Virus record (IMG/VR): IMGVR_UViG_3300048886_001579
Span: 432 to 64,431 of that record
DNA from: a virus
Lineage: Duplodnaviria; Caudoviricetes
DNA: 64,000 nucleotides
Direction: 5' to 3' (one strand)
Part shown: piece by piece, positions 46,597 to 56,960 of the stretch
How the letters are laid out: the number at the start of each line of letters is the position of its first letter
Position numbering within the stretch: position 1 is the first letter of the stretch
Position numbers and translations under genes: made by a program
Notes under the pieces: generated by a model
What the model saw: only the letters and a program-made list of their open reading frames with translations
Databases searched by the model: none
What the model was told of the DNA's origin: nothing

Positions 46597-46759
46597 ATCT
46601 ATATTCTGAATTTTTTATTTCTTTTTTAAGAACATCAATAATATGAGTATTTAAAGACACATCTCTTTTATGTGCATCTAATGCTAATTTTACTATTACT
46701 TCGTCCGGTAAATTTAATTCAAGGTCTCTAAGCTGAGATTTGGTAGTCAATTGCTTCAT
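46556..46759 (-). CDS. Small ribbon-helix-helix-like protein
   Basis: LNLPDEVIVKLALDAHKRDVSLNTHI pattern. Confidence 0.55.
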   Translation of the reverse strand: MKQLTTKSQLRDLELNLPDEVIVKLALDAHKRDVSLNTHIIDVLKKEIKNSEYRFEDGSAPQFLTED

Positions 46760-47804
46760 TGTACAATGTCCTTATTAAAGTGTCAAGTTCTTTTTTATCT
46801 TTTTGTATATTTAATGTATCTATATAATTGCTCAAAATAGTAAGAGTGTCTTCAGCTTCATCTATAACTGTATCATCATCTTCAAATTCAAGATCAATAT
46901 TTTCTATAACTGATATATCCACTACATCAACTTTATATAATTCATCCAACATTGTATCAAACCAATATGGATTTTGTTTTTGTACAACTATAATTTTAAT
47001 GATAGATCCCGCATATTGCTCATAATCTCTTTCTTTAATTTTTTCAAATGTTTCTTTGGTATCATCATAATATATTTTATTAAACATATGATAGGGATTT
47101 TGAATAAACTGTAATTCTCTTGTTTCAGTATCAAATACGTGAAAACCTCTTGAATCTTGATAATCAGACCAAGTTATTTCATAGGGATTACCAAGATATG
47201 TAATACTTCCTTGAGTAGACTTATGATGAAAATGTCCACTATATACTAAATCAAATTTAGAAAACATTTCTGCAGTAAAACCATAATCACATATTTGTCC
47301 ACGATGCATTTCAAATCCACTAATTTCAAGATGACCCATCATGATTTGCGCTTCAGTTTTTTTAATTGCTTCGACACATTCTGAATAATTATCCGAATTT
47401 ATCCACGGCATCATCATTATTTTAGTGCCATCAAAATCAACTTCTCTTGGACTAGCATAAATCCAAGGTTCTTGTTGACCATCTGATGATGAAAACAATT
47501 CTTCCATTGAATTAATACTATTCGTATTTTTATAAAAAATATCATGATTTCCGATTATAACGTGAGTATCAACTTCGTTTTTCCATAATCGTTGTACAAA
47601 ATTTTCTCTTAAATCATTAGCGGTTTTAAAATTAATATATTTTCTCCTATCAACAACATCGCCCAAATGAATGCATGTTTTAATATTGTTTTTTTCAAGA
47701 TAGGGGAAAAAAATATTATCGTAAAATTTACTAAAATAATTGGAGAAAGCAATATTATCATTTCTTGCTCCCCAATGAGTGTCCGTGATTAGTGCTATTT
47801 TCAT
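46728..47804 (-). CDS. 47: Mre11-like recombination endonuclease subunit (gp47)
   Basis: ITDTHWG, LGDVVD, IGNHD, SGHFH. Confidence 0.96.
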   Translation of the reverse strand: MKIALITDTHWGARNDNIAFSNYFSKFYDNIFFPYLEKNNIKTCIHLGDVVDRRKYINFKTANDLRENFVQRLWKNEVDTHVIIGNHDIFYKNTNSINSMEELFSSSDGQQEPWIYASPREVDFDGTKIMMMPWINSDNYSECVEAIKKTEAQIMMGHLEISGFEMHRGQICDYGFTAEMFSKFDLVYSGHFHHKSTQGSITYLGNPYEITWSDYQDSRGFHVFDTETRELQFIQNPYHMFNKIYYDDTKETFEKIKERDYEQYAGSIIKIIVVQKQNPYWFDTMLDELYKVDVVDISVIENIDLEFEDDDTVIDEAEDTLTILSNYIDTLNIQKDKKELDTLIRTLYNEAIDYQISA

Positions 47805-48349
47805 ATACTAACAGATCCTATATTAGAAACAACAGTATCTTCTTCTTTTTTCTTTCTCTTTTTAAATCTTTTTTCTTCAAAATTTTCTATAAATTGAGAG
47901 ATCATATTTCTAGAATCAGCAGATCCTATTAAACTTAAATATTCTTTGCTATCTTCCGAACTTGTTTCTATATGATCTTCAAGATAGGACATTCTTTCCA
48001 TTTCTTTATATTTAATATATAAATTCTTTTTTTCTTTTTGTATTCTTCTAACAAATGCCCAATAAATTATTTGAGTAAAATATGCAAAGGGATTTTTTGA
48101 TTTTTCTGGATTAAAATTATTGACATATTGAAGACAATTTTCTATGCCATCAGAGATCATATCATCTTTAAATGCATAATTTATAAAATTAGGTCTAAAA
48201 GAAAGTCTTTCTGCTATAAGCAAAAAACATTCTCCTATATAATCTGGAACAGGTGGAATTTCTATATTTTTTTCCTCTGCTTTACTGATCTCTTCTTTAT
48301 ATACAATCATTGCATCAAGAAAATCTTCATTATTTATGTAATTAGCCAT
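47801..48349 (-). CDS. 55: Late transcription sigma factor (gp55)
   Basis: YINNEDF, DMISDGIENC, NPFAYFTQI..AFVRRIQKEKK. Confidence 0.96.
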   Translation of the reverse strand: MANYINNEDFLDAMIVYKEEISKAEEKNIEIPPVPDYIGECFLLIAERLSFRPNFINYAFKDDMISDGIENCLQYVNNFNPEKSKNPFAYFTQIIYWAFVRRIQKEKKNLYIKYKEMERMSYLEDHIETSSEDSKEYLSLIGSADSRNMISQFIENFEEKRFKKRKKKEEDTVVSNIGSVSI

Positions 48350-48378
48350 AATGGCTCTCCATTAAAAGTGAAAATACT

Positions 48379-48408
48379 ATGATATCATAAATATGTGTCA
48401 TTTGTCAA
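48379..48408 (-). promoter_or_regulatory. Sigma70-type promoter TTGACA-18-TATCAT upstream of gene 55
   Basis: Motif match. Confidence 0.6.
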
Positions 48409-49889
48409 GACATTGGGACAACTATAATTTTATATTCAAACTGTTCTTCATTATAAATCTTTATTCTCTCTACAAAATGGTTCAAAGTATAGTTTTTATA
48501 GCTTTTATATGAAAAATCATCAGATATATCATATAATGTAGCTATTTCTTTAGATTCATTTTTTCTAAGACCTCTACCAATACTTTGTAAATTTCTCACC
48601 CTTGACTTAGAAGGAGAAGCAAAAATGACATTATGTAAATTAGTAATATTGATACCAGTAGAAAAGGTGCCATAACTCGCAACAATGATGGCATCTGATT
48701 CAGATTCAACGATTCCTCGAATATCTTCTCTATCAGATGTTTCTGTTCCTCCGTATACGAAAAAGATTTTTCTTTCATTTTTTGAATTCTTTTCTTTTAT
48801 AAGATCATAAATTATTCTTCCGTGTTTTTCTACCATTTGAAATAACACCAAAGTATTATTACTCAAACTTATTGCAAGATTTCTAATAAATCTATTTCTT
48901 GATTCATTCGAAACAATATAATTAAGTTCTTCTTTATAATTACAAGATTTGACTAATTCACATAATTTTTCGGGATATTGTAAAACTAAACATTTAATCT
49001 GAAATGGAGATAATGTTTTTTTATCTATTAAATCTTTTGTAGTTGTTACTGTATAGGTCTTTCCAAACAACCCCTCTAAAACTAATTTATGTGTTAAAGT
49101 ACCATCTAAAGTTCCAGTTGTTCCAAATTTATATTTTGTTTTGGTTGTCTTTTCCATTATGGAAGTAAGTGATTTTGCTTTAAAAAGATGAGCCTCATCG
49201 CCCAAAATAAAATCAAACTCAGCATAATAATTATCAGTCATTTTATATAAAGACTGCCAAGTAGAAATATAAATTGGTTTAGATGATACTCTATCTTTAC
49301 CTGCATAAATTTGATGAACATTTTCCGAAGCATCCCAATTATCTGTTTTAGAATAATCAGCAAAATCACTTTTCATTTGTGCGACTAAAGATGTCGTAGG
49401 CACTACTATTAATGCTTTAAAATTCGGAAGTTTTTGTTGATAATATCTCAAAAGAAGATAAATTATGAAAGATTTGCCAGATGCTGTGGGAGAGAGAAGT
49501 AAGCACCTTTCATGATTTATAGCGTATAGAAACGTATCAATCTGATAGTCTCTAGCATCAATTGTTAATGCAAGATTCTTAACAAATCTTTCATAATCCT
49601 CTTTATTATATTTATTTAAACTTTTAGGAAAACTTTTATATTCTATTTCATACTGTCTCTCTTTTGAAAATTTTAATAAATGATCTAATAATCCAATATA
49701 TAATTCTTTCGATCTTAAATTAAAAAGTCTGATTTTACCATCCCACATTTTATTTCTGTAAGATGGCATAAATCTATAACCAGGAATAAAAAAAGTAAAA
49801 TATTCACTTATTTCCTGTTCAATACCCGGTTCTGCTTGAACCAACATATATACTTCATTTTTCTTATCTATTGAAATTTTTTCTATCAT
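48405..49889 (-). CDS. uvsW: SF2 helicase UvsW
   Basis: SPTASGKS, DEAH, GTTGT, SRVRNLQSIGRGLR. Confidence 0.96.
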   Translation of the reverse strand: MIEKISIDKKNEVYMLVQAEPGIEQEISEYFTFFIPGYRFMPSYRNKMWDGKIRLFNLRSKELYIGLLDHLLKFSKERQYEIEYKSFPKSLNKYNKEDYERFVKNLALTIDARDYQIDTFLYAINHERCLLLSPTASGKSFIIYLLLRYYQQKLPNFKALIVVPTTSLVAQMKSDFADYSKTDNWDASENVHQIYAGKDRVSSKPIYISTWQSLYKMTDNYYAEFDFILGDEAHLFKAKSLTSIMEKTTKTKYKFGTTGTLDGTLTHKLVLEGLFGKTYTVTTTKDLIDKKTLSPFQIKCLVLQYPEKLCELVKSCNYKEELNYIVSNESRNRFIRNLAISLSNNTLVLFQMVEKHGRIIYDLIKEKNSKNERKIFFVYGGTETSDREDIRGIVESESDAIIVASYGTFSTGINITNLHNVIFASPSKSRVRNLQSIGRGLRKNESKEIATLYDISDDFSYKSYKNYTLNHFVERIKIYNEEQFEYKIIVVPMS

Positions 49890-50475
49890 TTCTTAACCAG
49901 ACTTTTGAGGCCGCCCAAACATTATCAGACAAGATCCAAACTTCAGTAAAAATTTCTCCAACTGCTCTTGCAACATCTCCCCAATTATAATCATGTCCCA
50001 TAATTAAACCATTTTCCTTTACTATTGGTTCCCAACATTTTATATCATTTTTAACACTACTATAACTATGATCTCCATCTATGAAAACAAAATCAATCGA
50101 TTCTCTATCAAATTGTTTTGAAGCATTGTCAGAAGTATCTACAATTATTTCAAGATTCGGATATTTAAGAGCCTCTTTTAATGTCTTTCTTTTAATTATA
50201 TTCAAAGATTTATCAGTATATTCTTGACTTATATTCCTTTCATATAAAGAATTTTCTTGTTGTACTTTATATGGATCAACTCCATATATTTTTAATTTTG
50301 TATTATTTTTTGCTATTTCAAAAATATTTGCACCCTCATTAACGCCAATTTCAACACCCATTTTCCAATTAAATTGTGTGATGAAAACATTAATTACTTC
50401 CCATCTTCTCCACTGAACGGGATAAGCAAATTGGGCACCTGCTTTTATTAAATCTTTTGGATTTGGTGAATTCAT
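49864..50475 (-). CDS. Class I SAM methyltransferase (Methyltransf_24-like)
   Basis: VEIGVNEG, DFVFIDGDHSY, GHDY. Confidence 0.85.
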   Translation of the reverse strand: MNSPNPKDLIKAGAQFAYPVQWRRWEVINVFITQFNWKMGVEIGVNEGANIFEIAKNNTKLKIYGVDPYKVQQENSLYERNISQEYTDKSLNIIKRKTLKEALKYPNLEIIVDTSDNASKQFDRESIDFVFIDGDHSYSSVKNDIKCWEPIVKENGLIMGHDYNWGDVARAVGEIFTEVWILSDNVWAASKVWLRNDRKNFNR

Positions 50476-51515
50476 TTTAATAAGCTAGTCCATTTTTTAA
50501 TAATTTTATCAGGATCAAATTTTTTCATATCAACTGATGTTTTCTTTTTATCAATATCAATAGTCCAATTATAAACATCATCTATAGTTGTATCTTTTCT
50601 TATAAACATGTTATTTTTATCTGTTAATATTTCTTCAGCCGCATCTGACTCATACGTTATTACAGGAACTCCTAATTTATTTGCTTCAAGATAAATAAGA
50701 CCGAAAGTTTCTTGGGGCATTCCTGGTCTAAAAAGACAAGCGGCATTCGATAAACTTCTTAAAACTCCTTCATAGTTTAATTCTCCTAAAAAATGAATAG
50801 GATATCCGCTTTTATTAAGGTCTGCCATAAAATCTGTAAATATTTTAACATCTTTCTTTTGTCTTTGGGGAGGACAACAAACATAAAAAGGTCTTTTCAT
50901 TCCCTTATCATAAAGAGCAACATAAATCATTAATGCTTCTCTAAAACCTTTTCCAAAAGCACTCATCCAGAAAAGATAATTTGATCTTTTTTCTTTTGGT
51001 TTTTGTTTATCCATACCTTTTGGAACCATATAATGAATAGTTTGATCCCCCCCAACAGTTTTTCCCTTATCTTGTACATATTTTTTAAGTGCGTTAGATA
51101 AAAATAATCTAGGAACTTGTTCGTGACAAGTTGTCCAATTATGTAACCAAATATAAGTTTTATCTCCACTATTCATTTCTAAGGGAGATAATACTGGAAT
51201 ATGAGGATTAAACATATAATAATTTTTCCAACTATTACCAACATACGTAATCTGATTACAATGTATTCTTACCCGTGATTTAGCATAATGATGTCTAAAC
51301 ATGTTTAAATGTTTCACCCCATTTATTATTTGATCAAGTCCACTCATATGAGAATGAACTAATCCAACATTAAAATTTTCACTAGCAAGTTTTTCCGCAA
51401 CTGTTAAAATTTGTCTTTCAGTTCCCCCCATTGCACCACCATCTTTTTCAAATAATGGAGGAGAAAGGATTAAATAATCATAACTCATTATGCTCCTGAA
51501 GTAAATTTTCTCCAA
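50472..51515 (-). CDS. GT-B (GT4-like) glycosyltransferase
   Basis: GGTER, ETFGLIYLEA..LGVPVI. Confidence 0.8.
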   Translation of the reverse strand: MEKIYFRSIMSYDYLILSPPLFEKDGGAMGGTERQILTVAEKLASENFNVGLVHSHMSGLDQIINGVKHLNMFRHHYAKSRVRIHCNQITYVGNSWKNYYMFNPHIPVLSPLEMNSGDKTYIWLHNWTTCHEQVPRLFLSNALKKYVQDKGKTVGGDQTIHYMVPKGMDKQKPKEKRSNYLFWMSAFGKGFREALMIYVALYDKGMKRPFYVCCPPQRQKKDVKIFTDFMADLNKSGYPIHFLGELNYEGVLRSLSNAACLFRPGMPQETFGLIYLEANKLGVPVITYESDAAEEILTDKNNMFIRKDTTIDDVYNWTIDIDKKKTSVDMKKFDPDKIIKKWTSLLK

Positions 51516-51931
51516 TCAATTATGCTCTTAATCAAAAAATTTCTATTGATAATCGTTTTTATAATTGATTCTAAATAATTTATTTTTTCTTTTTGATATT
51601 CAATTTTTTCTTGCATTTCAATTATATTTTTATCTGAATTTAAAAATCTATCTATATCTAATTTATTTCTAGATTTAATATCTAATTCAAATGGTTCCCA
51701 CTCTAATTTATCTAAACTATCTTTGTCAAGTTTACCTGTATAATAAAGCCATTTTAATTTAGACAATTCTTTCATTTTTGACTCATATTTTACAAGTCTT
51801 AATTTTTCATCTGAAAAAATTTTAAAATATTTATTGTGAAGTTCTGGTATTCTTGTTGATTCTACATCTAATTGCAAATCATCTAGAACACAATCACTGG
51901 TCCATAATTCTTGTATGTTTTCTAATTTCAT
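51488..51931 (-). CDS. uvsY: Recombination mediator UvsY
   Basis: P.LHNKY, WLYYTGK, FLIKSIIDWRKF; synteny. Confidence 0.9.
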   Translation of the reverse strand: MKLENIQELWTSDCVLDDLQLDVESTRIPELHNKYFKIFSDEKLRLVKYESKMKELSKLKWLYYTGKLDKDSLDKLEWEPFELDIKSRNKLDIDRFLNSDKNIIEMQEKIEYQKEKINYLESIIKTIINRNFLIKSIIDWRKFTSGA

Positions 51932-51943
51932 TATACCTCATAA

Positions 51944-52450
51944 TCAACGTTCTCCTATAATTCTCTCAACTTTATATGTAGTATATGCGAATGTAGCATC
52001 CGCGGCAACAACTTCTGCATCAGCAACATCCGAAGACATCTCTATATCAGTTAAATCTACAGGAAACAAATTTGTAAATTTAGCCACATATTGAACATTC
52101 TTATTGCTCGTAAGGATTGTTAAGAAACCATCAGAATAGGTTTCTTCAGAATTATACTGTTCTAAGTCTTCAGGAAAAGTAATTCCTTTAATCCAATTAT
52201 AAACTTCTAACCAATTTTGTAATTCTTCATCTATTATAAACCTAACACGTAATTCATTCATTTGTACTTTATCGCCAGCAATAGGCATATCTCTAAGAGG
52301 AGTTACTTGTAAAAACTGACCTGCTGACAAACCCGGTAAATTAGTAGATTGACAAAAAAAGTTCACATGCGGAATTTTGTCAATCACAAATTTAAAACCT
52401 GTGGGTATAAAATAATTTAAATTTTTTGGTTGTCTTGTAGCTTCTGCCAT
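51944..52450 (-). CDS. 3: Tail completion / sheath stabiliser (gp3)
   Basis: PTGFKF, FFCQSTNLPG, FIIDEELQNWLEVYNW; synteny. Confidence 0.8.
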   Translation of the reverse strand: MAEATRQPKNLNYFIPTGFKFVIDKIPHVNFFCQSTNLPGLSAGQFLQVTPLRDMPIAGDKVQMNELRVRFIIDEELQNWLEVYNWIKGITFPEDLEQYNSEETYSDGFLTILTSNKNVQYVAKFTNLFPVDLTDIEMSSDVADAEVVAADATFAYTTYKVERIIGER

Positions 52451-53100
52451 AGTTCATCTTCCGATACATTTGGTATATTTTCTAACGATTGATTTTGATC
52501 AATAACTCTTTTCATTATAAGATCATCATATATATTTAGTAAGTCTTTGAATCCTTCTATAAATTCATCTGTCATAGTATTAGCCGCCCCTTCTGAAGGA
52601 TATGCATTAGTACCATCATACATATTATCTCTTTCCCCAAATACATCAAAACCTATTAAATATTTTATATCTTTAGGATAATATTCATGTGCTACTCTTA
52701 TGAGTTGTATACCAGCACTTCCTCCATATATTGGACTGGGAACATGTGATATTTGACATTTTTCTTTTATCCAAGTTATATGATGATGTCGTCTAAAACC
52801 ATTATAAATGAATTCATAACCAGTTGGTTCATTCTCAAATACTATAGCATCAGCAGGAATCTCCATAGAATCTCTAACTTCTCCTGGAAGAGGATTCATA
52901 TTACTAATAAGAACTTTATTGTTTAAAGCATAATCAGAATCTAATACTTCATGAGTAATATGACCATCAACAGTTAAAAGATAATCTGGTGCAAAATCAC
53001 GATAAAGAGCATTACATCCAAATGTCCATGCTTTTTCTTTAATCTTATTTAAATCTAGATGTTGTCTGGATTTTCCATTTCCTATTACAACTACTGCCAT
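52417..53100 (-). CDS. Putative glycosyltransferase (GT42/Maf-like IGNG-S motif)
   Basis: VIGNGKSR..LDL, FGCNALYRDF.PD, LIGFD. Confidence 0.55.
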   Translation of the reverse strand: MAVVVIGNGKSRQHLDLNKIKEKAWTFGCNALYRDFAPDYLLTVDGHITHEVLDSDYALNNKVLISNMNPLPGEVRDSMEIPADAIVFENEPTGYEFIYNGFRRHHHITWIKEKCQISHVPSPIYGGSAGIQLIRVAHEYYPKDIKYLIGFDVFGERDNMYDGTNAYPSEGAANTMTDEFIEGFKDLLNIYDDLIMKRVIDQNQSLENIPNVSEDELWQKLQDNQKI

Positions 53101-53717
53101 TCTATTTCTTTAAGAAACTGTTCTGTTGTTATATTATCAATATTTTCAACTTTTGTATTATCATCAATAACCCTTGTCAATCTTATTCCAGGACAAAATT
53201 CTTCTTTTAACAAATAAAACAATCCAATTCTTTCATCTTCTGCTACATGAAATTCTTTATTAGATGTTATTCCACGAACTGTTATTGGATAATTACGAGT
53301 ATCATCATAAATATTTTTTCTATCCCCAAATAAATCAAAACCTATCATATATATTTGTTCTTCTGGATGTAAATGATAAGCCAATCTAATGCTCACCCAT
53401 CCAGAATTTACTGGATATATTTTTTCAAAGGGCACTAAAGAAACTTTATGTCCTTCTCTTAATGCTTTTCCATATCCGTATCCACTAGGTACTTTTTCTA
53501 AAAAATTACCATATCCATATTCAGTTGTATAAACTTTATTTTCTTTAGAATATCCAGACTCAATTATTTCTTCAAGCATCATTGGATCACACGTAAGAAG
53601 TATATCTGGAGTAAAATCACGATAAAGACCATTACTTCCATATATTGTACCGTATTTTTTCAAAAAATGCAAGTCTATTTTTTGTCTTGATTCACCATTT
53701 CCTATGCAAAAAATCAT
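53091..53717 (-). CDS. Putative glycosyltransferase, tandem paralog of the adjacent gene
   Basis: CIGNGESR..IDL, YGSNGLYRDF.PD, MIGFD. Confidence 0.55.
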   Translation of the reverse strand: MIFCIGNGESRQKIDLHFLKKYGTIYGSNGLYRDFTPDILLTCDPMMLEEIIESGYSKENKVYTTEYGYGNFLEKVPSGYGYGKALREGHKVSLVPFEKIYPVNSGWVSIRLAYHLHPEEQIYMIGFDLFGDRKNIYDDTRNYPITVRGITSNKEFHVAEDERIGLFYLLKEEFCPGIRLTRVIDDNTKVENIDNITTEQFLKEIEWQ

Positions 53718-54247
53718 TTTTTTGTATAAATTTCATGTTCCATGTTTTTAATATTATGCGAATACGAATATACAACATGAACTTCAATATTTTCTTTTAT
53801 CGTTTCCGCCATTCTATGTCTCCACCACTGTTTCGGTTTCAATGTACAATGAGCATTTTCACCGTTTGGTAGAATCTGGAGGGCAAGATACATTGCTATA
53901 TTTAAATAAGTACATTTATTTGATAATGTAAAAATTTCTTTTAAAGTATCGTTTATTTCTTTTTCTGGAACATGTTCTAAAACATCTGTACAAATAACAC
54001 AATCAAAATTTCCAGATGGCAAAAGACCCCATTTTGGTATTGCAGGATCATAAAGCCCCATCTTATCAAGTCCCCATGATAAATGAATCCTATCTTCTAT
54101 GTAATGTTTTGCATTTCCACATCCATAATCCAATGCGGTTTTTGATTTTGTAGTTTTTATTAATTTTTTGATATTGTCTAAATGAAGGGTAAGAGAATCG
54201 CCAGGATAGGAAGGATGTTGTTTATATAAATCAATTTTAGAATGCAT
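53714..54247 (-). CDS. Class I SAM methyltransferase
   Basis: LDYGCG, YDPA, DCVICTDVLEHVP. Confidence 0.85.
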   Translation of the reverse strand: MHSKIDLYKQHPSYPGDSLTLHLDNIKKLIKTTKSKTALDYGCGNAKHYIEDRIHLSWGLDKMGLYDPAIPKWGLLPSGNFDCVICTDVLEHVPEKEINDTLKEIFTLSNKCTYLNIAMYLALQILPNGENAHCTLKPKQWWRHRMAETIKENIEVHVVYSYSHNIKNMEHEIYTKK

Positions 54248-54262
54248 AATATCTCCAAAAAC

Positions 54263-54293
54263 AAAAAAAGGAAGCAGGTTTTACCCTACTCCC
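54263..54293 (-). terminator. Rho-independent terminator after gene 23
   Basis: GGGAGTAGG-GTAAAA-CCTGCTTCC followed by U7. Confidence 0.85.
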
Positions 54294-54323
54294 TTTTATG
54301 TATACTAAGTTTTTTAGAGAAAC

Positions 54324-55661
54324 TTACATTAAGTTAGCTACTCGTACAATCCTGTAGTACTCATTGCCTGCCGCACCAGCATTGTCTCCACTAATATCCG
54401 AAGATCCTGTGCTAGTAATTTCAACTTGTCCAGTTGAGAAAGGATTCCTTACAAGACCATATCGAGTCTTAAATCCAATTTTTGGCTGGAAAGTGGTCGT
54501 GTCAACCGCACGTACCATTTGCAACGGAACGTATGGGCAGTAGAACATTCCTGCATCATAAGATGAGGATCCTTTGTATCCAACTACAAAGTAGTTGACA
54601 TCATTTGTTACTGCATATGGATCAACATAAACACGATAGCGACCGTTAAGTACACCAACAAAAGTGTTTCCTGCATCATCAGGATTGAGATTATTGCTAT
54701 CAAGAGCAGGAGCGTAATCAAGAACTCCAGCCATTTGAAGTGCAGAAGCAACATCTGAAGAAGTGATAATCATATTACCTTTTCCTCTACGTGTCTTCTT
54801 CGCAATCTCGTTTGCTTCTCTCTCGATCTGGAACATGAGACCTTTAAACTTCTCAACGGACCAGCGACCATTTGAATCTGTGTCGAGATCAAAGATACCT
54901 GATTGTGTAGTGTTAGTTTGGGCACCAACTTTGGCTTCCCTGTAAATCTTACGAACAACCTCACGGTTAATCTCTGCAAGAATCTCAGCGGAAAGAATAT
55001 TGCTGAGTTCTGTTTCTGCATCGAGACCATGAACTGCTTTAAGATCCTGAGCAACTTCCATTGTGTAGTCTGCTCTTAAGGCTCTTGTTTTCGCAGTAAC
55101 AGTAACCTTCTCAATTGAGAAAGCCATGTTATTAGGTGTCATTGTCTCACCTGCGGCAGTTGTTAATCCACCACTCGCTAAACTATGAGAAGCGTTAGCT
55201 GTTCCATCAGTATGAATCTGAAGTCCTGGAACATTGTCCGCTTGTGTCACATTACTATTAGCAGAATAATTAGTATCTGCTTCGTTATAAAGTGCCTCTG
55301 GGGACTGACTCATTGTGACATATCTTGCTCTCATAGCAAAGATAAGACCAGTAGGACCAGTCATGGGCTGTACACCGCAGACATCATATGCAATGAGATT
55401 AGGCATTGCTCGTCTTACGAGTGAAATCATAATAGGATCGTACTTTGCTACACCACCAGTATCTGGAAATGCACCTGAAGCCTGTCCCTCTGTCAAGAAG
55501 TTTTGTGAAGAAAGAACTTGATTGTCTTCCTGCATGGACTTTTCTTGGTTCTCCAACAAAACAGTTGTTACTGCTTTACGATATGGGTCGTCAATGTTAC
55601 CCAATTCTGGATGGTCAAGAATAGGAGCCCACTTTTTTTGTAAATTTTCTGAAAGATACAT
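54324..55661 (-). CDS. 23: Major capsid protein (gp23)
   Basis: KWAPILDH, VQPMTGPTGLIFAMR, AEINRE, YCPYVPL, GFKTRYG. Confidence 0.98.
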   Translation of the reverse strand: MYLSENLQKKWAPILDHPELGNIDDPYRKAVTTVLLENQEKSMQEDNQVLSSQNFLTEGQASGAFPDTGGVAKYDPIMISLVRRAMPNLIAYDVCGVQPMTGPTGLIFAMRARYVTMSQSPEALYNEADTNYSANSNVTQADNVPGLQIHTDGTANASHSLASGGLTTAAGETMTPNNMAFSIEKVTVTAKTRALRADYTMEVAQDLKAVHGLDAETELSNILSAEILAEINREVVRKIYREAKVGAQTNTTQSGIFDLDTDSNGRWSVEKFKGLMFQIEREANEIAKKTRRGKGNMIITSSDVASALQMAGVLDYAPALDSNNLNPDDAGNTFVGVLNGRYRVYVDPYAVTNDVNYFVVGYKGSSSYDAGMFYCPYVPLQMVRAVDTTTFQPKIGFKTRYGLVRNPFSTGQVEITSTGSSDISGDNAGAAGNEYYRIVRVANLM

Positions 55662-55680
55662 GTGTAAATCTCCTTAATTG

Positions 55681-56901
55681 TTATTTAATTTGTGTTCTAG
55701 AAATAGCATTTGCATACTGTTTAATGTTTTCAGGTGCTTCTGCCATCACATCGTCTGAAGAATTGTCTTCATTCGGTTCCATATCATCTTGTGTGTCTGT
55801 AGACCCTTCAGTTAAAACCTGTTTGTCTTCAGCGTTTTCTGCACGAAAATACTTGTCTTTAATAATCTGAAGTTTTTCAGTATATGATTCTTCGTCTTCA
55901 TACTCAATACCTTCTGCCAACTTAATCATTCTTTCTTGATCTACCTCAGTCATTCCTTCTGATACAGTATACATAGAATCTAACTTTTTGAACTCTTTGA
56001 GTTCTTTAGATGAGTCGATGTTTTTTTGAATTTCAGAATTTAATGAACCCTCTAAGTCTTCAACTTTGGCGAACAGGTCATCTACAAGATCAACCTTTTC
56101 GTCTGGAATATCGACATAGTGTTCAACAAATAAATTTTTAAGACCGACCATGAAATCTTCAACAATTTCTGAACGAATGCCTTTATCAACTGCAAGTTCA
56201 TTTTCCTGCATCCATTCTTTAACAACATAATTCATGAAATCATCTACTTTTTCAATCATAACTGTGCGATTGTTTTCGATGGATTCTTGAAGTTCTGTCT
56301 TGTATTGTTCATCCAGTTTGTCTATTCTTGTTGAAATTTCATCATTTACTCTGGCAAAAACTGCGGCTTCAAATATAGTGGCCGCTTTTTCTTTAAATTC
56401 GTCTGAAAGTTCTTCGCCTTCAATAAGTGCTTGAACATCACTCTCAAGATTGAATTCTTCTCTAGCAACTACTTCTTTTGTTTCTTTATTTTCAGAAACA
56501 ATTTCATTACCTTCTTCATCGAATTCAACATCATCAACTTCGTTAAGTGCGCCGAGAATTTCAGCAACTTCTTCTTTGCTCATCTCATCTAACTTATCGT
56601 AAATTGATTTAATAAGTGACATTTTTGATGCACTTTCAGAAACACCGCCTTTATCTGCAGGACGTTTCTTAGCGGACGGAACCCCTTTTGTAAAATCAGG
56701 TTTGGGTCCGTCTGGAACCTCATTATTTACACCCGTATCTGTTGCTTTTGCGGGAGCTTTTTTGATTGGTTCTTTATTTTTTCCAGCGCCTGGAAATGAA
56801 GCCTCATCTACTTGAGTATCTTCATTAGTAGCATCGTCTTCTTGAGTTTCCTCTTTTACTTCTGCTTCTTGCTCCAGAGCTTCATTTTTTTCTTCTGACA
56901 T
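55681..56901 (-). CDS. 22: Prohead core scaffold (gp22)
   Basis: Acidic; LSDEFKEKAATIFEAAV; VDKGIRSEIVEDF. Confidence 0.93.
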   Translation of the reverse strand: MSEEKNEALEQEAEVKEETQEDDATNEDTQVDEASFPGAGKNKEPIKKAPAKATDTGVNNEVPDGPKPDFTKGVPSAKKRPADKGGVSESASKMSLIKSIYDKLDEMSKEEVAEILGALNEVDDVEFDEEGNEIVSENKETKEVVAREEFNLESDVQALIEGEELSDEFKEKAATIFEAAVFARVNDEISTRIDKLDEQYKTELQESIENNRTVMIEKVDDFMNYVVKEWMQENELAVDKGIRSEIVEDFMVGLKNLFVEHYVDIPDEKVDLVDDLFAKVEDLEGSLNSEIQKNIDSSKELKEFKKLDSMYTVSEGMTEVDQERMIKLAEGIEYEDEESYTEKLQIIKDKYFRAENAEDKQVLTEGSTDTQDDMEPNEDNSSDDVMAEAPENIKQYANAISRTQIK

Positions 56902-56949
56902 GTGATAACTCCTTAATTTTGTGAGAATATTGTCTCTGTCTCATGTTTA

Positions 56950-56957
56950 TATTTATA
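56950..56957 (-). promoter_or_regulatory. T4 late promoter TATAAATA upstream of gene 22
   Basis: Exact consensus. Confidence 0.8.
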
Positions 56958-56960
56958 CAA

